A stretch of 63,808 bases of DNA, filler included, from Octopus bimaculoides (taxonomy: Eukaryota): the NCBI RefSeq assembly GCF_001194135.2. It is 7 parts of 7 records of this genome, joined end to end, with 100 filler letters (N's around TTAATTAATTAA, not from the genome) between each part and the next. Parts side by side here need not be neighbours in the genome. Positions count along the whole stretch, not along the records: positions 37,475 to 52,849 come from NC_068988.1; 6 more parts are not named here. One strand, written 5' to 3'. The notes beneath the pieces were generated by a model. It saw only the letters and a list, made by a program, of their open reading frames with translations, had not been told where the DNA came from and did no database searches. Positions 38,233 through 49,140 of this stretch are shown here, one piece after another (position 1 is the first letter of the stretch; every line of letters starts with the position of its first letter). A program made the position numbers and the translations under genes.

Positions 38233-38859
38233 AGGAACACAGAAAGAAATAAGGAGAGAAACAAGGAGAAAAAAAAAATAAATGTAGTGGTCAGCGATCT
38301 ATCATGATATAAATTTATTGTTACATCGACAGTGACGATATATGATGTGTGTGAGTGTAAGAATATATCACAGTACCAAATATAACCGTATAAGAATAAG
38401 CAATGTAACAAGACTTGGCTATCTTATAATTACTGTTCGCTCAATAACACTCCAGCGCAGAATCAGTAGCGAGATTAACGCTCCCACAGTTCGACCTCAG
38501 CTGTCTATTGGCTCACCTAATTATAAGACTCGTCCCTGGAAGTCACGTGCGTGAGTGTTAGTTCACTCCACAACATCTCTCTCTCTCCCTCCCTCTCTCT
38601 CTCTTTCTCTCTCTCAGTATGTATATATATATATATATATATATATNNNNNNNNNNNNNNNNNNNNNNNNNNNNNNNNNNNNNNNNNNNNNNNNNNNNNN
38701 NNNNNNNNNNNNNNNNNNNNNNNNNNNNNNNNNNNNNNNNNNNNNNNNNNNNNNNNNNNNNNNNNNNNNNNNNNNNNNNNNNNNNNNNNNNNNNNNNNNN
38801 NNNNNNNNNNNNNNNNNNNNAGTATATGCATATATACGTACAGGTATGTGCATACCTAC

Positions 38860-39030
38860 GTCTACCTGTATATATAGGTACATATCTGGGTACAGGACAT
38901 TGCAAACAAAACGTAGACAAAAAAATAATAATAACCAGAGTACAGAAAACACACAGGCCACATGGAGAACATTTTCCTTCATCAGCTACCCCCATTCTAA
39001 CACAGGCGTTTCGAAGAGTAGGGCAATGTA
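38860..39030 (-). repeat. Second copy of the repeat carrying the permuted hammerhead; cleavage strand lost
   Basis: Minus: ttgccct-a-ctcttc-GAAA-cgc...gggggtag-CTGATGA-aggaa, then a tail homologous to 46850-46990 ending aatgtcctgtaccca.atatg. Confidence 0.75.
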
Positions 39031-39079
39031 TATATATATATATATGTATATAATAAGCATTTCCTTCTCGAGTCATGCT

Positions 39080-39292
39080 GACTCATAGCGGCCGGTTTCC
39101 CGGTTTCATGGCGTATATATTCTCACCTGGACAGGACACTGATCAGTCGCAGTATTTCTTATTCTTGCCAGCTGAGTAGACTGGATAAACAGGAAATGAA
39201 GTGTTTTACTCAATGATAAGACACATCACCCAATCTAGGAAGCGAAACCACAATCTTACGGTCATGAGTCCCACACCCTAACCACTTAGCCC
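39080..39292 (-). mobile_element. SINE family C
   Basis: Minus: gctaagtggttagggtgt...aaaacacttcatttcc...ccagtctactcagctggcaa...gtgtcctgtccagg...gaaaccgggaaaccggcc. Confidence 0.7.
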
Positions 39293-39804
39293 CCACACAC
39301 ACACACTCACACTATGTAAATCATAAGGGTAAAAGATTAGAATAATTTACTACCAGTGGTTCGCTTGCGTAATAAAAGTCATAACACAAACATATTTTCA
39401 TATATAAAGTGTATAAAGGCATATACATACAAAGAGAAGGTCTCCAGCAGGACTTCTTACATACTAGAAAAACCAGTTAAATCCAACCAGGAAGCGTGCG
39501 AACCACTGATAATAAATTATTCTAATTTTTTACCCTTATGATTTACGCAGCAAAACTTCCTAATTCTGAGGCTTATAGTATGCAGTTTAAAAAAAAAATA
39601 TTATTTGCTGCTGCCTATGTGAATGCCCCTGCGGACTTGTTTTCAAGCAAAAATGTTATAAGGATGCAGCTTGCACATTGCTACATAATTATGCATTGTT
39701 TTAGCGATCTCACTAACGAACTACAGCTGACAAATTAATTTATTTGCTCATTAATAGGGAAACTCGAGTATGAGATTAAATAACAATAATAATTCCTTTC
39801 ATTC

Positions 39805-39846
<42 letters not shown>

Positions 39847-39957
39847 CATACATACATATCTATATACATAAACTTAGATTTAGGTAAACTTAGATATGTT
39901 TCGACCAAAATTGGTCCAGGCCACGTCTAACTTAATAGCACCACCTGATAGGATTAT

Positions 39958-42900
39958 CTAAATGCCTTTTATGTCAAGTTTTAAGTCAAGTAATGAGTTC
40001 TTAATGAGTGAGTTGTATCCAGGTGTAGGTGGTTTATTTGGTATTCCTTGAAGAAATCTGTCTGGACTCCGTTTAAAGCTGATAGGATCTTTTTCCTCTT
40101 TTATCTGTTTCGGGACAATGTTTAATAGGGCAGGGCCTGTTGAGGAAAAGAAATTATGCTGCAGTGTACCTATATGTTGTGATCCTGAATTGGGCAGGAG
40201 ACATATGACATGTAGTCCCAGCCTTGAATGAACCTTGAAACTAATGTTCAGGTCGTTTGGGCAATGCTGGTGGTATATTCTCCACATCGTACAGATGATG
40301 TACCGCTCGCGGCGGCGCTGGAAAGAGTAGAGCTTCAAGGCTTTAAGGCGGTTCCAGTAATCAAGATTAGTCATGCCTTCAATTCGTTTAGTGAGTTTCC
40401 TCTGGAGTGATTCAATCCTCGAGATGTTTTGTTTTGTATGGGGAGACCACAAGGGGCAGCAGTATTCGAGGTGTGGCCGTACAAAGGAGGAGAAAAGTGG
40501 AATGATGACACCTTGTTCTCTGGACCGGAAGGTTCTTAAGATCCAGGAGCTCATCCTACGAGCTATATTGACCTTATTGTTGATGTGGGCACTTCAGTTG
40601 AGATTGTTGTCAACAATTACACCCAGATCTCTGATATTATTGGATTCCGTGAGCGGTTCCCCTGAAGGAAGGGAGTATGGCTGTTTTAGTATAGACTTTC
40701 TTCCAAAATGCATCGGCTCAAATTTTCCCTCGTTCAGTTTCATTTTGTTTTTGTCTGTCCATTTACTCACAGCTTATAGATCAGTCTGGAGTTGAGTTCG
40801 GTCTTCTTCATTGATGATTTGCTGGAGCTTAGTGTCATCTGCAAATATTTTCACTTTGCAGTGATTTACGTCGCTGGAAAGTTCATTTATGTAAATTATA
40901 AAGAGGAGCGGGTCCAAGACAGTCCCATGAGGGAAACCACTGGTGACTTTTGCTGGGCTTGAGTAGACTCCATCGACCACAACTTCTTGTGTTCTATTCT
41001 CCAGGAAATACTTAATCGAGTGTAGAAGTTTTCCACGGATTCCAACATTTGCCAATTTTGTGAGTAAGATATTATGGTCAACCCTGTCGAACGCTTTACT
41101 GAAGTCAAGATATATGACATCAGCGTTCGAACCTGTTCCCAAGGCTTTAAGTATATCTTCAATGTGGTGTAAGAGCTGGGTTAGACAGTCCCTGCCACAG
41201 CGAAAGCCATGCTAGTTTGCATTTAGGAGTTTGTGGGTCTCCAGGAAGTCAGCTATCCTTGATCTTACTACCCTTTCAAACACTTTAATGATGTGGGAGG
41301 TGAGTGAGATTGGGCGATAGTTGACTGCGAGGGATCTATTTCTCTGTTTGAAAACCGGGATGGCAGACTGGGATAGGAACTGTTTCGGTATATAACCTGA
41401 GTCTAAAGAATTTCTCCAGGGGTTGGTCAGAGGGACTGCAAGTTGGTGTCTACATTCCTTCAGGAGACCAGCGGGGAATCTATCAGGGCCTACAGCAGAA
41501 TAGTATTTGACCTCATTTATTGCTGCTATGATGTCTGAAGCAGTGAAGGTTATGTCCGAGATTTTATGTTGGGAATCAACTTCGTTCGCTTCTCTTACGT
41601 CAATATCAGTGGGATCACTAAAGACAGCAGTATTGTTTCTGCAGTATTTCTGCCATTTATTTAGCATGGTGTTGGGGAGTGTCGTTATCATCGATCAATG
41701 GCCCAATGGATGAGGCAGCGGTTCTATTCTTATTTGCATAAGAATAAAACACGTTTGGGTTCTGATTGATGTTTTTGATCACCCACTATTCCTCTGCAGC
41801 TCTTTGATTTTCAATGGAGGTTTTCATGTCGGTCTGCAGATGAAGTTTTTCTAACTCCAGCCTTTTCATTGTTGTTGAATGTGGATGTTGTTTGCAGGAG
41901 TATTTTAATTGGTTGATCTTTTTTATTGAGTCTTTTGATGCGCCTGATGACTGTTTTTTTTTCCATTTAGAGAACCGGTTTCTGTTTGTGTTAGTGGATT
42001 TCGTAGGAGCGTGCTTTGAGCATGTATAGGTGACAATGTTCTCAAAGTGTTGCCATGCGGTCTCAATGTGAGTGGAACTGAGAGTGAAAGACCAATCGAT
42101 GGACAGATCCTTTCTGATTGCTCCCTAGTCCGCTTTGCGGAAGTTTATGTTGTCAAATGAGTGCCGTGGAGCGGGATTGGCTGGTTTGGTTTTGATATGC
42201 CGGGGATTAAAATTGCAGAGTATCATGTCGTGGTCTGAGAGGAGAGTTTTTTCCCACTGAAATACTGTGAACGGAGCTAGAGTAGTTGGTTAATATTAGA
42301 TCCAAGATAGTTTTATTCTGTCTTGTTGGTTCGAGCACTAACTGAGTCAGGAAGAATTTATTCATCAGATTAAAGAGCAATTCTGCTGCTGCTTTATCTA
42401 ATGTAGAGCATCTGCCTAACTTCAGAGTATTTGTGGGCCAGTTTATATGAGGGAGGTTAAAATCACCCATCACTAGTATGCTTCCGGAGTTGTATTTTTG
42501 AAGGAAGGACTTGATTTTGTTGAGGCACTCTTCAAAGCACTTTAGAGGTGCTTGGGGAGGCCTGTAAAGACCAACAATGATTATGTCGTTGGCTTTGTTG
42601 AATAGTGATATGGATTCACAATAGCCATTGGAAAATACATCCTTGGTATTAACTGAAAAGGAATCATGGAGAAAGATGGCTGTCCCCACTTCATTTCGGC
42701 CTGTACAATCTGCGCCGACGATGGTGAAATCTTTTATTTTTACCTCGGTATCCATATGTGCGCTGTTTAGGTGAGTTTCAGTAAGGATAAAGAAAGGGAA
42801 GCAATGTGCCGTTTCGGCAAGCCAATTCTCTATATATGGGATCTTCCATTTTTGGGCATTGATTGATGGGTTGATACCACGTACATTTAACAGAAATGTC

Positions 42901-42965
42901 GAGGTAAGGGTGGTTTCATGTTTGCATTGTTCCAAGTTATGTTTTATGTTGTTCAGAGGTAGCAA
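39958..42965 (-). pseudogene. LINE ORF2 (AP endonuclease plus reverse transcriptase), broken by stops and frameshifts
   Basis: LTETHL, YRPP, MGDFNLP, LDLILTN; YRPISLTSHIIKVFER; YLDFSKAFDRVDH; SGFPHGTVLDPLLF; FADDTK; YSFQRRRERY. Confidence 0.93.
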
Positions 42966-44010
42966 TGAGGGTAGGTTTGTATGGAGCTGTGTGTGTATGA
43001 TATTCTAGTTGGTGGTGGGTGTGTTCCTTGTGTTTTGCATAAATGGTTGCTGATAGCCCGTTGTATCTCCTGGCTTAGGTCGGCTTTCATATTTTCTAGA
43101 TAAGTTAGCAAAATAGAGTTGCCCCTTTGATTTGCCATTTGGTCAGAGGATAACATAGTTCATGTTTATGTTATTTGGTGTTATGGTTTTCCCATAGTTC
43201 TGTCTTCGTTGTTTGGTTGTAGGAGGTGGAATGTGGTTGTATTTTTTTTTGTCGTAGGTCTCCTCTGTTGCTGTTTATATTTATTTTTCGAACGTTTTGT
43301 GCCCTTCAGATGGTGGTGGTTACATTCTGGGTTCAAGCACATCCTTAGTGACACAGAAGTTTGGCACAGTTTAGGATGGAAGATGGTGCATCCATTGCCT
43401 TTTGTGCATCCATATTTAGGATCAAGGCCATGGACTCTGTATTTAGGACAGTATTTGGGGTGGAGGTGAGGGCAGTTTTTTTCCCGTTATGCCATATGGA
43501 CAGGTGCCTTTAACAAGTCTACGGCAAAAGGTAGGATGGAAAAAAGCATAGCGTCTCTTGTTGTTTGGTGCCGCTGGGGCTAAATCTACAGTTACCTTGA
43601 GAATGGTAACGATAAGCTTTTTGACGTGGGCATAGTAGAGGTTTTTCTGTACTGGCAGGCTCGTTGGTCAGTGGTCCTACTGTAGTAGCAGTAGCAGCAG
43701 ACTGTTGTTGTTGTTGTTGCTGAAGCGGCTGTGAAACTTGACTTGCAACAGTAGTTCTGGGTGGAATCAGGTCAGATGGTGATGCCAAACAAGGTGATTC
43801 CAATGTAGAAGCAGTAGCAGGCTGTTGTTGCTGCGACAGTGAGTCCTGGCTTGCCACGGTAGTGTTGAGCGGAATTAGGTCAGAAAGCGATATCAATGAG
43901 GATGTTGTTTGTTGCTGGCTAACGAGTCGTTGAAGTGACCCCTGATCTGTTGGAGTTGGGTCAGTGGGTGCACTACATCCATTGACAAGTATGGCTTCTA
44001 GTGTTGCCAT
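42953..44010 (-). pseudogene. LINE ORF1 with tandem CCCH zinc fingers and a Q/T/S-rich duplicated segment
   Basis: YHSQGNCRF; CRRLVKGTCPYGITGKNCPHLHPKYC; GCTKGNGCTIFHPKLCQTSVSLRMCLNPECNHHHLKG in shifted frames. Confidence 0.75.
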
Positions 44011-44657
44011 GTGCGTATGTAAAGTATGAAATGATTTTGTTATTTCTTTTATTTTGTTTTCGATCTGTTTTACAGATCTGTAAAAGGATTGTGGCGCTAA
44101 TGTTTCAGCGATTTTACCGTAGACATTAGCCTTTACACAATCATTATGGTGAGTGTACCAAGCGTTTATCAGTGCACTGATTTCGTTTTCTACCCAGTGG
44201 CGTTTTAGAATATTATTGGCACAGTATTATACACTATATGTTAGTTATCGGTGACTTGATGTATAATAGTGAATGCACCGTTGTAAAGTTTGTGTCGATA
44301 TATTCAGAAATGCGTGGCTATATCCGGGTGTGTGTGAGAGAGTTCAGTGCATTTAGGACAAATCAGAATGAGCGGTGTGTTTAATACAAATCAAGAGAAA
44401 GGAATTGCTCTCACGGGACTAGTTTTAGACCTAATCTTGGGTTTAGTTTTGGTTTATATTTGTTTCTCCGGGTTGTATATAAATTTATGTAAATTTATCG
44501 TCCGATGATAGTAAAATAGTAGAATAGTAGAATTCAAGAGTTCTGGGACTAAAAACAAGGAAAGTTACTGCTGGTTTGAGTTGGAATCTGTTTCTTTGGC
44601 TACTGACTCGCCGGAGCTATGAAAAGTACGTCTTGTCACGATGAATGCCCATGTAAC

Positions 44658-44728
<71 letters not shown>

Positions 44729-45227
44729 NNNNNNNNNNNNNNNNNNNNNNNNNNNNNNNNNNNNNNNNNNNNNNNNNNNNNNNNNNNNNNNNNNNNNNNN
44801 NNNNNNNNNNNNNNNNNNNNNNNNNNNNNNNNNNNNNNNNNNNNNNNNNNNNNNNNNNNNNNNNNNNNNNNNNNNNNNNNNNNNNNNNNNNNNNNNNNNN
44901 NNNNNNNNNNNNNNNNNNNNNNNNNNNNNNNNNNNNNNNNNNNNNNNNNNNNNNNNNNNNNNNNNNNNNNNNNNNNNNNNNNNNNNNNNNNNNNNNNNNN
45001 NNNNNNNNNNNNNNNNNNNNNNNNNNNNNNNNNNNNNNNNNNNNNNNNNNNNNNNNNNNNNNNNNNNNNNNNNNNNNNNNNNNNNNNNNNNNNNNNNNNN
45101 NNNNNNNNNNNNNNNNNNNNNNNNNNNNNNNNNNNNNNNNNNNNNNNNNNNNNNNNNNNNNNNNTATATATATATATATATATATATACCTACATATATA
45201 TACACCTATATATACATATATATACAT

Positions 45228-45260
<33 letters not shown>

Positions 45261-45367
45261 CATACATATACAGTCGAATCAGTATAAATATATGTGTATG
45301 TAAGCGTATGCTGGCATATGTGGTATGTGTGTGCATGTCCAAGTCTGTGTATATGTGTGTCTGTGTA

Positions 45368-45400
<33 letters not shown>

Positions 45401-45510
45401 ATGTTTGTGTCTGTCTATGATATCAAAAAATTCAAGAAATATAATTGATATACACCTTATAATAAACATAATAAACAAATTTCCATTCAAGTATTGAGTT
45501 TATATATATA

Positions 45511-46310
45511 GGATCTTTCTGAATTGACGGGCGCCACTTGTTTTCTGAACGAAACACTTTCAAACTTGGGATACTGGTAGAATGTGTCATATAAAACATC
45601 TTTTTCTCTTAGCCTTCTTAACAAAACTTTTTATATTGCAAGTTATTTCATGTTAAAGTTGTCGTATTTCCGTAATTTCAACCAATCACTGACGTCTATT
45701 CAACTGAGTACAGTTACTGCTGTTTTTATAAACAATAATTTTTGCCGGTGTCAAGATCGTTTTTCCCTGGTAATTATATCGTTATTCCTAGTAAGGGTTT
45801 AGGGTTTTATGGTTAGAGTTCGCGTTTTAGAGTTAGGGTTAGGGTTAGGGTTAGGGTTATGAGTTATGGCAAAAATAATCATAGCCCTAACCCTAACCCT
45901 AACCCTAAAGCTAACCCTAACTCTAAAACCCGAACCCTAACCCTAAAACCTTAAAGCTAAAACCAGTAGAAACGCACGAACGATGTTATAAATAACAGTA
46001 CCGCCGATAGTTGTTGTTGACAAACAAACAACGGCACTAATTTTATTCAAGGGAAAAGATCCCATTACACCGCACAACGTTTTGTTTACAATCCATAGCA
46101 GTAATTGTTTTCACCTCAATAGACGTCAGTGATTGGTTGAAATTACCGAAATACGACAATTTTTTTCATGAAATAACTTCGAATACAAAAAATTTTAATC
46201 TGTTCTATTTCACAAAATATACAAGTATACGAAGTTTGAAAGTGTTTCGGTAGAAAACACACTAAATAAAACGTAAATAAGAAGTGGCGCCCATCAATTC
46301 AGAAAGATCC
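45511..46310. mobile_element. 800-bp foldback/MITE-like element with central inverted telomeric repeats
   Basis: Terminal inverted repeat ggatctttctgaattga.gggcgccactt; arms match as inverted repeats throughout (e.g. ttcaaccaatcactgacgtctatt / aatagacgtcagtgattggttgaa); TA on both flanks. Confidence 0.9.
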
Positions 46311-46784
46311 TATATACATATATATGTCGGTATGTACACATATGTATGTATATATGCATATATTTATACTTATATATTCTTTTACTCTTTTACTTGTTTC
46401 AGTCATTTGACTGCGGCCATGCTGGAGCACCGCTTTTAGTCGAAGAAATCGACCCTNNNNNNNNNNNNNNNNNNNNNNNNNNNNNNNNNNNNNNNNNNNN
46501 NNNNNNNNNNNNNNNNNNNNNNNNNNNNNNNNNNNNNNNNNNNNNNNNNNNNNNNNNNNNNNNNNNNNNNNNNNNNNNNNNNNNNNNNNNNNNNNNNNNN
46601 NNNNNNNNNNNNNNNNNNNNNNNNNNNNNNNNNNNNNNNNNNNNNNNNNNNNNNNNNNNNNNNNNNNNNNNNNNNNNNNNNNNNNNNNNNNNNNNNNNNN
46701 NNNNNNNNNNNNNNNNNNNNNNNNNNNNNNNNNNNNNNNNNNNNNNNNNNNNNNNNNNNNNNNNNNNNNNNNNNNNNNNNNNNN

Positions 46785-46848
46785 GTCGCGTCTTGTCCCT
46801 ACCTTCGAAACGCGGAGTAGATAAAACAGGGGACAACTGATGAAGGGA
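46785..46848 (+). ncRNA. Candidate hammerhead ribozyme in non-circularly permuted strand order
   Basis: CGCG-TC(46792) TTGTCCCT a CCTTC GAAA(46807-46810) CGCG...GGGGACAA CTGATGA(46837-46843) A GGG: stem III 5-6 bp, stem I 8 bp, stem II 3 bp, GUC triplet. Confidence 0.8.
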
Positions 46849-47059
46849 ATTTTCTTCATGTTGCCTGTCTCGTTTCTCTATTTGTTTCTTTCATTGTTTG
46901 AAAAAAAGTTCGTTTTCTATGTTTTTGTTTTTATGTTCTCGTTTCTCATTTTGTTCACGTTTTTTTAATGTCCTGTACCCATATATGCATGTATATATAC
47001 ATATATATGTCGGTATGTACACATATGTATGTATATATGCATATATTTATACTTATATA

Positions 47060-47260
47060 TTCTTTTACTCTTTTACTTGTTTCAGTCATTTGACTGCGGC
47101 CATGCTGGAGCACCGCTTTTAGTCGAAGAAATCGACCCTGGACTTATTCTTTGTAAGTTTAGTACTTATTCTATCGATCTCTTAAGCCGAACTGCTAAGT
47201 TACGGAGACGTAAACACACTAACATCGGTTGTCAAGCGATGGTGGAGGGCAAACACAGAC
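47060..47260 (-). mobile_element. SINE family A 3' half (partial duplicate at 46380-46456)
   Basis: ttttacttgtttcagtcatttgactgcggccatgctggagcaccgc...gccgaactgctaagttacgg.gacgtaaacac. Confidence 0.9.
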
Positions 47261-47334
47261 ACACAAAACATACATACATACATACTTACATACACACAAA
47301 TACATATATGCGTACATACATACGCTGTTTGAGA

Positions 47335-47860
47335 GAGTTCCCAGTGCACCCCACGTACTTCGCAGGCCAACCATATCTGGCAATTACGAAACGAAGACAT
47401 TCCATACTCAATCGAGATCGCAGGCCCCTGGACGAAACGGTGCAAGTTATGCATTGCCGAACGCACGAGGATCGTTAAAGACTCATTTGTGCTAGGGAGC
47501 ATCCTGAACTCTAGGACGGAGATTTTCGAACCATTTTGCATTTTACAAAATTCCGGCAAGCCTTTTGGAATCCGCATGGCGGCACCACAACCGGAAAACA
47601 GTAGCCAAGGCTGAAGGGAGACAATCGCTTACCTTCGTGGTGGTTTGGTGACTGCAAGATAGCAGCGCCGCCGAAGATCGATGGGCAATGGCAATGGGAG
47701 ATAATCGCCAGAGGTTTTACCCTTAAAAGCGAGGCTTCCCACACCTCCATATTTTAAAGAGGTCACAGACCAGCAGTGTTTGGCGTCTGAAGATACGCCA
47801 TAGGCTAAGCCCCTTATGGGCAAGAAACCCGGGGTAAGCCCAGAAACCGGCCTACCCCAC
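47335..47860 (+). mobile_element. Penelope-like element 3' end (GIY-YIG C-terminal Cys/His region and 3' flank)
   Basis: ATG-less frame NHIWQLRNEDIPYSI...TKRCKLCIAERTRI...ILNSRTEIF; downstream CTGAAGA...GAAACCCGGGGTA hammerhead-like remnant at ~47785-47835. Confidence 0.8.
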
Positions 47861-48609
47861 TACAATATATATGCACACACACATACACACACACACATAC
47901 ACATATATATCATTATATGTATGTATATATGTATATATATATATATATATATATACNNNNNNNNNNNNNNNNNNNNNNNNNNNNNNNNNNNNNNNNNNNN
48001 NNNNNNNNNNNNNNNNNNNNNNNNNNNNNNNNNNNNNNNNNNNNNNNNNNNNNNNNNNNNNNNNNNNNNNNNNNNNNNNNNNNNNNNNNNNNNNNNNNNN
48101 NNNNNNNNNNNNNNNNNNNNNNNNNNNNNNNNNNNNNNNNNNNNNNNNNNNNNNNNNNNNNNNNNNNNNNNNNNNNNNNNNNNNNNNNNNNNNNNNNNNN
48201 NNNNNNNNNNNNNNNNNNNNNNNNNNNNNNNNNNNNNNNNNNNNNNNNNNNNNNNNNNNNNNNNNNNNNNNNNNNNNNNNNNNNNNNNNNNNNNNNNNNN
48301 NNNNNNNNNNNNNNNNNNNNNNNNNNNNNNNNNNNNNNNNNNNNNNNNNNNNNNNNNNNNNNNNNNNNNNNNNNNNNNNNNNNNNNNNNNNNNNNNNNNN
48401 NNNNNNNNNNNNNNNNNNNNNNNNNNNNNNNNNNNNNNNNNNNNNNNNNNNNNNNNNNNNNNNNNNNNNNNNNNNNNNNNNNNNNNNNNNTGTATATATA
48501 TATATATATATATATACGCACACACACACACACACACACAACACACATATGCATAAATATATGTGTGTATTTGTGTGTGTGTGTGTGTGTGTGCGTGTGT
48601 GTGTATATG

Positions 48610-48830
48610 TTTGTCTGTCTTTGTGTCTGTTTGTCCCCTACCTCCGCTTGAGAACCAGGATTGGAGCGTTTTTGCCCCCGTAACTTAGCGGTTCGATAAA
48701 AAGACATCAATAGAATAAGTTCTTGGCTTAAGAAAGCAAAATATGTATTAGGGTCGATTCATTCGATTAAAAATTCTTCAAAGCGATGCTCCAGCATGTC
48801 CGCAGTCTAACGACTGAAACGAGTATTAGG
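48610..48830 (+). mobile_element. SINE family A 3' half
   Basis: ccccgtaacttagcggttcgataaaaagac...gggtcgattcattcgattaaaaattcttcaaagcgatgctccagcatg. Confidence 0.8.
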
Positions 48831-48974
48831 TAAATGATATATTTTCAATTTTTGCATTATGATATATACGTGAGTGTACGTGTGTGTGTGTGTGTGTGTA
48901 TGTGTGCGTGTGTATATGTGGTTTGTGTATGTACACATGTATTATTGTGTGTGTATATATATATATATATATAC

Positions 48975-49140
48975 ATAGTGAACCGTGGTACGTGACTATT
49001 GTCCTATTTTATCGAACCTAGAGGAATCAAAAGATGAAGCTTACTTCGGCAAGATTTGAACTCAGAACATATCGAACGTAAACAGAGAGAAATACCGCAA
49101 AGTACTTTTTCCCGATGTTGTAACAATTCTGTGAATCCAT
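48975..49140 (-). mobile_element. SINE family B monomer, decayed
   Basis: ttttatcgaacc...cttcggcaagatttgaactcagaac...gaaataccgc. Confidence 0.65.

Larger units (their letters stand above)
39865..44650 (-). mobile_element. Near-full-length CR1-group LINE (about 4.8 kb), inactivated
   Basis: 5' region, ORF1, ORF2 (APE plus RT), short 3'UTR with ggacc-aatttt-ggtc hairpin and a ctaagttt repeat tail. Confidence 0.92.

Noticed and set aside
38870-39000. Cys-rich ORF MGVADEGKCSPCGLCVFC as an exon
   Set aside because: It is the repeat homologous to 46800-46990, not unique coding sequence.
45820-45960. Ancient telomere-telomere chromosome fusion site
   Set aside because: The repeats are short and enclosed in symmetric arms with TIRs and TA flanks; a transposon origin is simpler.
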